Made by a program: the position numbers and the translations under genes
Source of the DNA: Octopus vulgaris
Taxonomy: Eukaryota
Assembly (NCBI GenBank): GCA_951406725.2
Contig: OX597837.1
Location: 14,136,001 to 14,200,000, forward strand
Direction: 5' to 3'
Length of the DNA stretch: 64,000 nt
The notes under the pieces: model-generated
Database searches by the model: none
Told to the model about the DNA's origin: nothing
What the model saw: the letters and a program-made list of their open reading frames with translations, nothing else
Shown: piece by piece, positions 1 to 13,683 of the stretch
Numbering within the stretch: the first letter of the stretch is position 1
Layout of the letters: every line of letters starts with the position of its first letter

Positions 1-639
1 ACTGTACACCGAGAGATTTCTTTATTTGGCACTCGGGCCACTAACATAGAGGGGGACACTACAAGGACAGACACAACAGCACAGTGAGGACAATAAACAT
101 AAAACGGATGAGAATGGATATTATACAATAATGAAGAATGAAATGGTTGCATGGGCCCAAAACTGTACACCGAGAAGATGTTACCATATCGGTGGGTGAA
201 TAGAATAGAAAAAGAAAACCCTCAAAATATTTACTTAAGAAATACGTCGCAACATTGCATTGAACCTCCTCAAGTCCATCCAACAGGAAACATAATTGAT
301 CACTACTATTTACAGAATCGAAGGAATAAAAGCTAAGGAAATAGAGGAGGCGAAAGAGCGGCAAATAGAGAAGTGCCTCAGACTCATCTGAGGCAACGAG
401 ATATGCGTCGTTAGGGGCCAAAAGTATAGAACGGTAGAGGTGAGGTTTCATGCAAAAGATGAGGCTATAAAGCACTCCACAACGACTCAAAGGATTGACA
501 AACCGACTCTGATATCAATCTACCTTGGGTTCTTAGCAGCATTTTGTCCATCTTTACGTTCTGAGTTCAAATTCAACCAAGATCGACTTTGCCTTTCATC
601 CTTTCGGGGCCGATACATTAAAGTACCAGTGAAACACTG

Positions 640-790
640 TTTTGGTGACGTCATTAGAATTCAGAAACTTCAACAATGTGAAATAATTCTTTACTTAGAG
701 GAACGTAAAATAATTCTTTAGATTCACCGTTCCTCTAAAGAATTACTTCACGTTCTCGAAGATTCTGAATTTTAATGACGTCAACAACAT
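640..790. repeat. Palindromic MITE-like element
   Basis: Arms TGACGTCATTAGAATTCAGAA...GAGGAACG and CGTTCCTC...TTCTGAATTTTAATGACGTCA; follows a family-1 SINE fragment (537-635). Confidence 0.7.
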
Positions 791-1559
791 ACAATTCTCG
801 CTAGTAGCAATAGGTTTCTGAAAAGGATAAGTCCAAAGGATTTCTTTAGTCCAATGGTAAAGCAATCATCATGTTGTATAGAAAATGTAGGTTCGATTCC
901 CACGGACAGCTTTTGAATTTTTTCTTACTTAAAGACCTTTGAACCCAGTGTTTACACGATATTTTTTAATAATTTTATTTGCTTCGAGATCCACAATTCC
1001 TATTACGCCCTGTTATTGAAAAGAAAGCGTTATCGTTAAAATGAAAGAAAGAAATTATCATTGAATTTTCTGCCGAACATTAATCCACGCTGATTTTCTG
1101 CTCACCAAATTTTTACTACACTTTTCTGATTATCGATCCTTCACAGTTCAAAACCGGTCGGCAGCAGAGATCACAAATGTGCCATCAGCTGAGTCAATTT
1201 AAATAGGACACACGGGGCAGGCACTCAAATGCTTGAAATCGAACATATCTTTACTGGGGAGAAAATTGATTAGCGGTGGAGCATTCTGAAGAGGATGATT
1301 GGATCAGAATCAATGGTATTTAGCGAAGATCCAGCAAGAGACAGAAATAGATGAGAGGGGAATTAGTTAACATTCTAGAAGAGGCGATTAGTAACCGTAA
1401 TGCAACCGACGACGTTCTATAGGTGAGAATGGGTCTTGACCATTACTCCGATAACGAAGCGTAAAGACTGCACTATCAGAGCTAAGATCCCTACGACAAG
1501 AGAGAACAAAAGATGTCCAATGGCACCAAGTGGTGGAGGCGCGACGTGGCAACCTGCAC

Positions 1560-1794
1560 TTATTTCTTTGCTACCCACAAGGGGCTAAACACAGAGAGGA
1601 CAAACAAGGGCACACCAACGGATTCAGTCGATTGCATCGACCCCAGTGCGTAACTGGTACTTAAGTTAAAGACCTCGAAAGGATGAAAGGCAAAGTCAAC
1701 TTCGGCGGAATTTGAACTCAGAACGCAACGGCAGACGAAATACGGCTGCGCATTTCGCCCGGAGTGCTAACGTTTCTGCCAGCTCGCCGCCTTT
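1560..1794 (-). mobile_element. Full-length tRNA-derived SINE, family 1 (Meta-domain-like core), monomer
   Basis: Head GGCGGCGAGCTGGCAGAAACG...GAGTTCAAATTCC (A/B boxes), core GCCTTTCATCCTTTCG..AAGTACCAG, tail ..AAAGAAATA; 13-bp TSD TGGCAACCTGCAC at 1547-1559 and 1795-1807. Confidence 0.9.
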
Positions 1795-2385
1795 TGGCAA
1801 CCTGCACACTATCAGATCTTTGACAGATAGGGGCAGACGCAAGTGAATTGCTTGTCAAACACGTTTTTCCCCTGCTCGTCGCTTAAATAGTGCTTCAGTC
1901 CTGGAGCAAGCAAAACCCGAAATAGGGCGCTTGCCGCCTGAAACGTCCTCAAGCGGATTAGTACATCTCTGTACTAGTCCACCGACCCGGACGGTGGTAG
2001 TTCCCTGTTGACGCTCCGTAGAAGTTTAGTAGGATGCAAAAAAGACGATGTCTTCTGGAAAATTCCGGACGCCAAATGAAAGATAACTGGTAGGTTTTTC
2101 TGGAGGAATTTCAGACAGGGGCTAATAGATAATTTCCAGAAATCCTGGTCTAGCAGTGCTAACAGGGAGCATTGCTGGGTTAAGATAAATACTAGGGATA
2201 CAGAAATGACGTCAGCAGTGTGTGTGAGTATGTATGCGCATGCGTGTATGTGTGTATATTACTATCCTTATTATGGCTGTGTAGGGACGGTTGCTTGGTA
2301 ACATGTGGTTCTTAGTTTAGTACCATTGTACTCTGTGGAAGTGCCTTTTATTCTAGCCTTGGGCCGACCAGCACCACACACACCT

Positions 2386-2426
<41 letters not shown>

Positions 2427-2637
2427 TTTGCATGCATGTGTATATGTATTTATGTTTGTTTACTTTTAGAAAACTTGTTTTATTGTCCAAACCTGTTTGA
2501 CTAAATAGGAAAAACTAAAAATAATCAAAACTAGAAAAAAAAAACAACGCCCCAAATATCCTGATCGAATCCGGCGTCAGACTATGCGCCACCATGGGTA
2601 GCATTGAGTTGGTCATCCCTGCCCATCACCCTTATGC

Positions 2638-2760
2638 ACACTTATATTGCAGACCCAAAAGTGCCGCCTTTACCCTCTCGCTCCTTTAGACACTTATACC
2701 GCAGGCTCAAAAGTGCCGCCTTGGGCTCTCGCCCCTATAGACACTTATGCTGCAGAGCTA
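2638..2760. repeat. Minisatellite, about 51 bp x 2.3
   Basis: ACACTTATA..GCAG..CAAAAGTGCCGCCTT..CTCTCGC..CCT.TAG repeated. Confidence 0.75.
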
Positions 2761-3325
2761 GATGTGGTACCCCAATTAAAGCGTTACCTGGGGTGGATCT
2801 CCCTCATCACTACTCCTAGTTATGCTACTGAATAGACAGCACTTAACTCTCCATCCATCCATCCACCCGTCCGTTCGTCCTTCCTTCTAGTCACCCTTCC
2901 ACCCCAAAATCTAAATCTACCGCTTCCGTTAAGGTAAAGAATTGAAATGAAAGCAGAATTTAGGGATGGAATACAACAGAGGTAACCAAAAGAGGCCGAC
3001 ACAGCAGGGGTAAGAGGTAGATGCGGACTAGGCAGACAGAAGAGTGGGGAAGATCTGAGGTAAATGGAAAAGAAACTTCATATTAGAAACCAAAGTGCAA
3101 TGACCATAAGAGATTTCTTCTGTGAGTATTCTGTCCTTTTGTAAATCAGGGTTTAGAATTGCCTAATATGGCCTCTTTAGGTAACACAGTGTGATTCGAA
3201 AGAGATTTGGTTGGTGCTCCTTGGTTGTCAAGCGATGGAACAGATCATTAAGGGGATTCCGATTAGTGCTATATTTCTGACTCCAAAGTGTAAACACGAG
3301 GGGGTACATACAAAAATACACACGC

Positions 3326-3398
<73 letters not shown>

Positions 3399-3446
3399 GT
3401 ATATATATGTGTATATATGTGTATAATATATATATATATGTATATA

Positions 3447-3529
<83 letters not shown>

Positions 3530-3544
3530 GTATATATATATGTA

Positions 3545-3635
<91 letters not shown>

Positions 3636-3888
3636 TTATTTATTTATTAAATAGGATGGGCCAGAATTCATAACCCGTTATATTTAGTAACATATTAATA
3701 TTTATTAATACGCATATTAAGAGATAAAATAATAAATATAAACAATACAAAAACTATAAAAGAAGCATGTTAAGGAATGAAATAATACAACAATGAAATA
3801 AACCTGTTAAGAAATACAATCAACAAGTGAGTCATGACTCCGCCGTCGGTTTTGACGTACGTGGCACCGACCACGTACTTTTTCTTTG

Positions 3889-4380
3889 TTAGTCATAATG
3901 CTTATGTCGAATGTGGCATTTAAGTCCCGCCGACGATTTGCAAAGAAGGCCACAGATGCTGCAAGTTTGAGGATGAGCGGGGGACAGTGCAGGTTGTATA
4001 TTTACAGCAGCTTCTCTCCTTTGCTTTGCACCACGAAGCAAGTTAATACTGGTTGCAACAAAATTTTTTAATAGCATTTTGACACAACATTCTCCATTTT
4101 GTTCGTTCCAAGGCTGTTCGCTCAAAGGTGTTGTGAGCTGTCTTCATCTTGAAGAGGTTACCCTTCAGCTTGTCTTTATAGCTGAGCCATGGTCGACCAG
4201 CATTCCTCTGCCCACTCTCAAACTGGCTGTACTTGAGGATTTCGAGTATTCTTTCGTCACTCATTCTGACGACATGGTCAGCCCAGCGCAATTGTGATAG
4301 TATAAGGAAGCTCTCAATTCCACCAATCTTACACTTGCTAAACAAGACGGCATTAGAGACTTTGTCTTTTGGTGCACTTC
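3889..4380 (-). mobile_element. RTE-clade LINE 3' fragment (degenerate)
   Basis: SQLRWADHVVRMSDER...GQRNAGRP..YKDKLK...ALERTKWR, then a frameshifted C2H2 finger CSICGLLCKSSAGLKCHIRHKH. Confidence 0.85.
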
Positions 4381-4664
4381 TTAGGAGATACTGTGTAATC
4401 TATTCTGCTTAAATATCAAGAAGTTGACTCGAAAAGTACACGAAGACCGCCATAGAAACGAGCAAAAAGATTAGATTAGATTAGAAGGTATTCAATTCTA
4501 CCCAATGTCTACGAAGACTGAGATGGAAATAAAAACAGCTGGTCAGGTTAAAAGAAGTTTAAAAAATAGGAACAAAAAAATACTATAAAAAATGATAGAG
4601 AAGGTTCCGATGAGTCTTTAATTCTGAATATTATTATTATTGTTATTATATCTACACAGAGGCC

Positions 4665-4686
4665 ATTCTGTCTATCCATCCATCTG

Positions 4687-4784
<98 letters not shown>

Positions 4785-4822
4785 AGTCTGTCTGTCTGTC
4801 TGTCTGTCGATCGATCCATCTG

Positions 4823-4861
<39 letters not shown>

Positions 4862-4875
4862 GTCTCTCTATCTAT

Positions 4876-4924
<49 letters not shown>

Positions 4925-4940
4925 CACCACCACCACCACC

Positions 4941-4978
<38 letters not shown>

Positions 4979-5045
4979 AACTACTACTACTACTACTACA
5001 ACTAGTACTACCACCACCACCACCACCACCACCACCACCACCACC

Positions 5046-5077
<32 letters not shown>

Positions 5078-5135
5078 AACTAGTACTACTACTACTACAA
5101 CTAGTACTACCACCACCACCACCACCACCACCACC

Positions 5136-5188
<53 letters not shown>

Positions 5189-5250
5189 ATAAGCAGCAAT
5201 AACAGAAGGAGGGGCAGCAACAGCAACAACAACAACAACAACAACAAGGA
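4665..5250. repeat. Compound microsatellite (TCTA/TCTG, CTA/CCA, CAA)
   Basis: Directly visible. Confidence 0.95.
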
Positions 5251-5332
5251 CAATGATGACGAGAAACAACATGAATGAATTAAGAAAAAGAAAAAGCGAA
5301 AATAATTCTTGTGTTTTTTTTTCATCTCGGCG

Positions 5333-5538
5333 TTAAAAATGCCAACTATTTCGCTTGAGATATTTTCTAATGGCTGCCTGGACCACTCCAGAATGGACGG
5401 TCGTCTCCTTCACGTTGATGACAACCAGCTTCGTTGAGCTTTTTGACGAGTGTACGGGATCCCAGTCTACAAGTGGAGACACCTGCCTCACAGACTTCGT
5501 TGACACGGTGACCTTGGCAACTCCTTCTTCTTCGTCTT
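5333..5538 (-). CDS. Second gene, probable terminal coding exon
   Basis: GC-balanced unique island between microsatellites; acceptor gtgtgcgtag|, phase 1; EDEEEGVAKVTVSTKSVRQVSPLVDWDPVHSSKSSTKLVVINVKETTVHSGVVQAAIRKYLKRNSWHF*. Confidence 0.6.
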
Positions 5539-5551
5539 CTACGCACACACG

Positions 5552-5603
<52 letters not shown>

Positions 5604-7832
5604 AACACACACACACACGCACACACAGACACACACACACAGACACACACACACACACGCACACACACACACACGCACACACAGACACAGACACACACGC
5701 ACACACACACACAGACACGCACACACGTACACGCACACACACGCACACACACGCACACACACACATGAGGCGTTGTGTATGAACGGCGATATTAAATCTG
5801 TTGCTCGTCGTGGAAAGGTGACATGTTTATTGGTGTTTGAACACAAGATGAAGGAGAGGAAGGAGAAGGAGAGGAAGAAGGAGAGGAAGAAGAAGGAGAA
5901 GAAGAAGAAGAAGGTATAGAAGAAAAAGATGAAGAAGAGGAAGAAGAAGGAGAAGAAGAAAAAGAAGAAGAAGAAGAAGGTGAAGAAGAAGAAGGAGAAG
6001 GAGAAGAAGAAGAAGGTGAAGAAGAAGAAGAAAAAGAAGGAGAAGAAAAAGAAGGAGAAGAAGAAGATGATGATGATGGCTGAGAGAAAGAGAAAGGCAG
6101 AGAGAGAGAGAGAAAGAGAGAGAGGGAGAGGAAGCGAGAGAAAATAACTGATTGGGAAGAAGAAGGAGGAGAAGGAGAAGAAAAAGAAGGAAGAAGGGAA
6201 AAGAAAGAGTAAGAGAAAGACGTGTTAATAAGTTTGCGTGAGTGGAATGTTCGAAGGAGAAGAAATTAAATGTTCAAATATTTGTGTCGATTTGACGTGA
6301 AAATCACTCAATATGTGGCTCTGTGTGTATATGTGTGTGTGTGGACCCCCAAGAGCCACAAAAATCCCCAAGGGCCTTATAGACCCCGGTTGAGGTCCAC
6401 TGCTTTAGAACGCCAGAAAAACTGCTTAGTGGCATTTTCTCCGGCTCTTAATTTTCCGAGCTGAAATCCCACCGAGGCCTTTCCTCATTATTTTCCATTC
6501 TTTCTGGGTCGATTAAACAAATTACCAGTCATGTACTGGGGGTTCGATGTAATCGACCTGCTCCCTTCCCTTTATATTGCTGACCTCGGGCCAAAATAAT
6601 AATAAAAATTATCTGCTATTTATATCGTAGCGCTGGATTAATGGCGGAATCCCTTGAACGTCGGACAAAAATATACGGCAGCATTTGTCTCCTCTCTACG
6701 TTCTGAGATCCGAGTTCAAATACCGTCGAGATCAACTTTGTCAATCATCCCTGGGGCTTCAATGAAATTTAAGTAGAAGCCAATTAAATAATGGCGGTCG
6801 ACTTAATCGATTAGCTCTCACCCCCAGCTTTGCAGATTTTATTATTTGTTGTTTAGGACCAGACAGATTATAACACAAGACTGCTTCCTTGAAAACTGGA
6901 GCCTGTGTGTTACTTGGTGCAATTAAGAGTGAGCCAGTTGTCTTCTCGTCTGGATGTTTTGTTATTTAGCCTATGTTTCAGAAAGCGAACCTAGAACTAC
7001 ATTTACCAATGAGCTCCTTCTTTAATCAGGCAGGTGTTGTGATTTAAGTGTGATTTAACTGCCATTTCTGGCAGATCATACGATTACATACCTGACCATA
7101 ATTTCTTTAAAAATCTAGAACTACATTGTTCGATGTATTCTTATTTTATGATGGTATTCTGAGGGTGATTTGACTTTTATTTCCAGCAAATCGTGAGACT
7201 TCGAAGAGGCTGCCTTGTAATACATCCTTCGTTTATTGGGGCAAGTTTACGAAGTCTGCGTTCTCAGAAGCAGTGCAAGTCTGGCGTGAGATGTTTGGGG
7301 TCAAGCTCAGAATTTTAAGGGAGAAGGAAAAGTTGGAATGTTAAGAGCGAATGGAAGCTTGGAATTTTTAGGGGAAACGAAGACTTAAATATGTTAAAGG
7401 AAAAGAAAACGAAGGATTGGAATGTTAAAGGAGAATGAAATTAAATGGGATGGAGAGGGCTTGAGCGTTAAGGAAGAATGGAAGCTCGAAGTTTTTAAGG
7501 GAAATGAAGGCTTGAAGTGTTAAGAGGTTATGCTTAAAAGAAAAAAGAACCAGGGGCGTGCTATATACGCTGTGTCTGTGACGGGGTTTCGATTCCTACA
7601 TAGAACCATTTCACTTCCAGAAACTCGCAACTAGAATATGTTCTAAAGATATTGTTGATATTGTTATTGTTGTTGTTGTTGTTGTTGTTGTTTAATCGCC
7701 AGCAGGAAGACTTATAATGGAAGCCATCCCAGCCTTACAAAGTTTCATGAAAAACGTTGATTCTCATTTCTAACTATTTTGCGAAACAAAGCCGATACAC
7801 TTAGATCCGAGCCAGTGAGAAGAGCTCCTCAC

Positions 7833-7845
7833 CTGACCACTCGAC
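7833..7845 (-). CDS. Second gene, 13-nt microexon (VEWS-E)
   Basis: ttatttactgcag|GTCGAGTGGTCAG|gtgagg: strong sites; phase 0-1 exactly bridges the flanking exons. Confidence 0.5.
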
Positions 7846-7991
7846 CTGCAGTAAATAACAACCAAATCTGCCCCAAATTCCAGTAAGCCATCTTAAAAAA
7901 AAAGCGGGATATATATATATATATAACTTGCACAATAAGGGAAATAGAGTACTGCATGATACACACACATATGCACACACACACATACACG

Positions 7992-8058
<67 letters not shown>

Positions 8059-8060
<2 letters not shown>

Positions 8061-8265
8061 ATGTGCACATTACAGTACTGCACGGCAGCGCATTGCTCAA
8101 CCAGTCTTGAAGTCCACGCTGCCATACATATAATGTTAACCATTCTTGCATTAATTTTAAAGGCTGTGAGAGAAAATAAATTCTGATTCTTTCCTCTGAC
8201 CATGATTTCTTCTCTGTAAAGGATTCATTCGAGGACTTTGTTCGAGGAATGTTTAGATATTTCAC
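8059..8265 (-). CDS. Second gene, probable internal exon
   Basis: Acceptor tttttgcatctag|; only frame 0 is open (VKYLNIPRTKSS...RIYFLSQPLKLMQEWLTLYVWQRGLQDWLSNALPCSTVMCTY). Donor tac|gtgtgt, with an alternative act|gtaatg at 8074; both are phase 0. Confidence 0.5.
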
Positions 8266-9214
8266 CTAGATGCAAAAATTCCAAGTTATCAACCGACCTG
8301 CAAGAAGTCTTAAGAGCAACATCAGTACGAGTAGCCGCACAAGTACCCACCCCGCCCCAGCTGCTGATGTAGCAAAACCTTCCTCAATCGCACCTTATCG
8401 TCTTAAAAATGAAACGGCATACTCATAGATGCATAAAAGGACCTTCCCCCCTTTTTAGCTGCTTCTGGATTTCCCTTCGCGATTCAAGTGGGCGTTTCCT
8501 GTTTTTGTTTCTGCCGTAAACTGATTTGTGTTCAATGTTTGTCTTTCTCCCCCAGTGTTGGAGGGGGAGGCGAAATTTGTTGACTTTGCATTTTTCGCCG
8601 GGAAGACATTGAAATGTTTTTCTTTTAAACGTGTCGTATTCGGTTGTAGTAGATGAAAGGGGTCCCCCACAATGGGATTTACATAGGGCAGAATAAACAA
8701 AGCACCCACTCTAGAAAGAAAAATAAATTCATTTGAAATCGGGAAATTACAGCTTTTCAGAAATGTCATGACTGACTACGTTTTGAGTATTAAAAATGAG
8801 CTGGATACTAACGTGAAATAGTACAATGACGTCGAAGATAGAAGCTTCGTCAACATTAACAGCAACAAGAGCAAGAGAATTAGCAAATAGACAAACAAAT
8901 GAATCAACATTATTTGTCAACATCGCTGTGTGCTGAGAGGACGGAAAGGGAAACGCAATGAGTAAGGTACATTACAGAAAATAATGCGTCTTTGCCCGAT
9001 GAGATGGTGGAGCAGCGGAACAAAAGGATAGTAACGTTACGTTGCCTTTCACTAAAATATACCTAAAACAGTTGGAAAGTGATCCAGAAGAAGCTTTTAG
9101 GAAGGACTTCGCAGCCGAAATTTTAGCATTGAAAATGTCACTTGAACCCTATTTTTTTTTACGCTAAACACTAAGGTAGTATTGTTTGTAGTAAGGCACC
9201 AGAACATTAAAACC

Positions 9215-9420
9215 GGTTTAACTAATTACCGAATCGATCGGTCAGTCAGTCAATCAGTTAGGCTCGTCAGAGTCCTTTCGTCGTCATTCTCGACCTCAGA
9301 AGGCATGTCACTGATGAGACTGCGAATGGTGATGAAAGGACTCTGGTGAACAGAGCTGTTTGACTGATCGATTGATTGACCGAATGATTCCTTTAAAAAT
9401 CGATTAGTTAATCAGTTAAA
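9215..9420. repeat. Long imperfect palindrome (MITE-like)
   Basis: Outer arms TCGGTCAGTCAGTCAATCAGTT / GACTGATCGATTGATTGACCGA; inner arms CAGAGTCCTTTCGTCGTCATTC / GAATGGTGATGAAAGGACTCTG. Confidence 0.75.
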
Positions 9421-9477
9421 TTATTAAGCAGTTATCTAACAATAACAACAACGGCAACAACAACAACAACAACAACA

Positions 9478-9521
<44 letters not shown>

Positions 9522-10048
9522 AGCAACAACGATGATGATAACAAAAGAACTGAAATAGAATCAGTGCATGTGTATATTATTGGCATAACGACCCTCCAAA
9601 CGTACAACAAAATCTGTTTCAACACACACAGAAGTCCACACCAACAATCTTGCAAACAAAATACAAAACCCAAATCCTCTAGCCCTTTTCCGCTTGTATC
9701 CAACCCAACTTTCGTCTTCTTCTACTTCCCTCCTCACAACACATCACTGATTACTTGTTTGAACCCCATCTCGTCCGCACTCTTCTGTTCTACTATTCAC
9801 AACATATTACAATCTGCCTAAATCCCACTCACAACTTAAATTACCCACTTTACTCGTACATCAGCTTTAACAGAAAAGTAGCACTCGCACTTTTTTTACA
9901 ATCGATTTCACAACCTGAAGAGGCTGAAGGCTGACGAAACTTCAAAATAACCGTCAAACACTGAGTTTTTTTTGTACGAATATATATTATAATTTTTATA
10001 TACATTTATTGAGTGCTTTTTTTCAATAAAATGTTTTATTATGTGAAG

Positions 10049-10089
<41 letters not shown>

Positions 10090-10133
10090 TTCACATAATA
10101 AAACATTACATTGAAAAAAGCACTCAATAAATG

Positions 10134-10232
<99 letters not shown>

Positions 10233-10434
10233 TGTATGTATGTATGTATGCATGTATGTATATATGTGTGTATTTAAACACACACACACACACACACATT
10301 GGTTTATAATGTGAATCAGTTTTGCTTTGTAGGTGTTCAAAAGTTCTAGTCACATGGCGATTGTAGTGTTAATGGTTCGCTTTGTGTGAGGAATATTTAT
10401 TGTGGGAAGAAGTTTTTGTAAACACATTCTTTTC

Positions 10435-10697
10435 TCTCTCTCTCTCTTTCTTTCTTTGTCTCTCTTTCTTTCTTTCTTTGTCTCTCTCTTTCTTTCTTTG
10501 TCTCTCTCTCTTTCTTTCTTTGTCTCTCTCTCTCTCTTTCTTTCTTTGTCTCTCTCTTTCTTTCTTTGTCTCTCTCTTTCTTTCTTTGTCTCTCTCTCTT
10601 TCTTTCTTTGTCTCTCTCTCTCTCTTTCTTTCTTTGTCTCTCTCTTTCTTTCTTTGTCTCTCTCTCTTTCTTTCTTTGTCTCTCTCTCTCTCTCTCT
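10435..10697. repeat. Pyrimidine minisatellite (TC)nTTTCTTTCTTTG
   Basis: Directly visible; about 20-28-bp units. Confidence 0.95.
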
Positions 10698-10822
10698 GAG
10701 GTGTACATGCATACATAGACATTATCACACGTACTCTCGGTTTCCATAATTATTTCTTTCTTTCTGACCTCCCCCCCCCACCACCACATACAAAGCAAGC
10801 ATTTGATATGAATGTATACTCT

Positions 10823-11035
10823 AAGGCGGCAAACTGGCAGAAACGCTAGCACGCCGGACGAAATGCTTAACGGCATTTCGTCCGTCTTTGCGTTCTGGGT
10901 TCAAATTCCGCCGTGGTCGACTTTGCCTTTCATCATTTCGGAGTCGATAAATCAAGTACCAGTTGCATACTAGGGTCGATCTAATCGACTGACCCCCTTC
11001 CCCCAAAATTTCGGGCCTTGTGAAAAGTAGAAAAG
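10823..11035 (+). mobile_element. SINE family 1, variant 3' tail
   Basis: Same head and core as 1560-1794, with a different tail (CCCCAAAATTTCGGGCCTTGTG). Confidence 0.8.
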
Positions 11036-11171
11036 AATCTTTAGCGCGTCGAACAAAATGCTGAGCGGCATTTCCGAAGCAGTTGACTTCGCCTTTCATC
11101 CTTTCGGAGCCGATAAAATAAGTACCACCCGAGGACCAGGAATTTTTAAATATATATATATATATATATAT

Positions 11172-11556
11172 ACTAGCAGTATCGCCCGGCGTTGCTCAGG
11201 TTTGTAAGGGAAATAACTATAAAGCATTTTTAGAGAGTTATAGCCAAAAAATAGCAAAAAAATGGAAAAAATATTATGGTAAATTTTTTTTGAGAGTTAA
11301 AAAAGGTCGAGTTGCGTCCCCTAGACAGTCTGTGGTTTGTGTTTCTGATTCTCGACCCCATGTCGAATTTATCGATTTTTTTCAGAACTGGGGGAACTTT
11401 TCAAAATTTTCGCTGCGTTAGTTTTGAATTATGACATTGGGCTATGTGTGTGTCAAGTTTCATCAGAATCGGTTGAAAGCCGTGGTCAGGGTGAGGGTAC
11501 AAGCAAACAGACACACAGACACGCACACAGACAAACTGCCGTTTATATATAGAGAT
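11172..11556. mobile_element. HINE/DINE-1-like non-autonomous Helentron-type element in (TA)n
   Basis: ACTAG start followed by a CCCGGCGTTGCTC.GG hairpin, then AAGTTTCATCAGAATCGG, (GACA)n-like repeats and a TTTATATATAGAGAT end. Partial second copy at 19569-19797. Confidence 0.7.
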
Positions 11557-12015
11557 ATATATATATGTATATAGGTGTGTGTGTGTGTATGGTTCATTAC
11601 TGCTTATGTGTGTGCATATATACTTGTGTATTCCTTGTGTATATTCTTTTTTATTCTTTTGTTTTTAGTTGCTTCAGTGATTTGACTGCAACCATGCTGG
11701 AGCACCGCCTTCAGTCGAGCAAATTGTCCCCAGGACTTTAATGCAATTACAATAGGTGTAAAAATATATTTCATGAAACTCAAAACTATGAAATTATATA
11801 TTAAAAAAGCATCTTTACTTAACACAGACCTGATGGAAGGAGGATTTTGTGTGAGCGCTTTCATTGTCGAAAGCGCTCTTTCCTTGATATACATGGAAAT
11901 ACACACACACAATACTTGCAGACATATACATACATACGCACAATGTATAAAAACAAATAAAGAATCAAATATATGTACACATACACATACGCACACACAC
12001 ACATACATATGTATG

Positions 12016-12081
<66 letters not shown>

Positions 12082-13498
12082 AGTGATTCGATTTTCGGTC
12101 TGGCACCATGCCTTGTAGAATCGACATTAAATGCAAATGTCTATAACCTGGGCAGCCTCTGGAACGCGTGCAAACTGTAGAGAGACTGTGTTGGTAACAA
12201 TGATAATAGCAAATCCACAGTATTGTACTGGGAACTACATTGAGGGTACACGTGTCTGTGGAGTGCTCAGCCACTTGCACATTAATTTCACGAACAGGCT
12301 GTTCCGTTGATCGGATTAACCGGAACCCTCGTCGTCGTAAGCGACAGAGTGCCAGTTTTTTTCTTTTACTATGTATATATACAACGGGCTTCGACACCGT
12401 TTCCATTTACACAATTCACTCACAAGGCATTGGTCGGCCTGGGGAAATAGCAGAAGGCACTTGTCTAAACTGCTGCGCAGTGGAACTGAACCTAAAACCC
12501 ACGTGGTTGCAGAGCTAGCTTCTTAACCACACAGCCACTCCACAAAATTAATTGAAACTAATTATATTTCGAAAGAAAGATGGCGACAGAAATGGATAAT
12601 CCGTCGACTTGTTTAACAACATCAAATGGTTCTTTTCTTTTGGCAAACTTTGAAACATTTGGGCCAATACTGCAGTTTGAGGATACAGTCCTTCCCTTCT
12701 CTCCTTCCTTCCCATCCAGCAGTGTTGGAAGCCCTACAAAGGGTCATGGGCATTAGCGTTCCTTCATGAATATGTATAACACACAAACACACAATCAATG
12801 CATATACACATATACGCACATACACAGATATGTGTGCGCTTATACACACACAAACACACACACACACACGCTCACACTCACAAATACTTACACACACATA
12901 CACACACTCATACACACACACATACACACATACCCACTCGCACATAGACATAGAATTCTGCCGAGACCACCTTTGCCTTTCATCTCTCCAGAATCAATAA
13001 AATAAAGTTCCAGAGAAATAATATGGTCGGTGGTAGCGAATCATGCGATTCGAAGTGTTTTGGTCGGTATTTATAAGAAAGCAGATGTTGGCTCGAAATG
13101 ACAAGTGATGTCTTGTCTGATCATGAGAATCAGGTTAGGGACAGGATTCTGTCACCTGGAGCCCACCAGAAAATAATTGTATATATGCATATATATATGT
13201 AAATCCACTTCCGGTCACTTCAGCAACGTAGCCATACACGTGCTTTTCCTGGACTCTTTTTTCTTTCTCCAGACCTTTCTTTTCTCCTCTTTCTGAGGAA
13301 GAGGTGTGTATGAAACATTAAAAAAAATTACTCTTTTTTTCCACCTTTACGAAGCGCCGAGCTAATACATTCCGTTTTATACCCTTTTGTTTTGTTATTT
13401 GTCTTTTCTATTGTTCGACTTGACTATACATACATACATACATACATACATACATGCATACATACATACATACATACATACATACATACATACATACA

Positions 13499-13531
<33 letters not shown>

Positions 13532-13629
13532 GTGACTCGAGTGACTCGACCAAAATAAAAATGTCATTAGTCTTTTTTTTCCGACAGTCAACATTAAACT
13601 TCTCCCCCTCTCTTTCTCTTTGCATATAA

Positions 13630-13680
<51 letters not shown>

Positions 13681-13683
<3 letters not shown>

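Noticed and set aside
1740-1794. tRNA genes (A/B boxes here and at other SINE heads)
   Set aside because: They continue into SINE bodies and lack a complete cloverleaf.
1150-2200. Higher-GC unique sequence as decayed retroelement or exon
   Set aside because: No recognisable motif or open frame found.
9311-9340. Canonical hammerhead CTGATGAG...GAAA
   Set aside because: No stem II or stem III; part of the palindrome arm.
9914-9945. CTGAAGAGG...CGAAAC hammerhead-like string
   Set aside because: Stems I and II cannot be formed convincingly.
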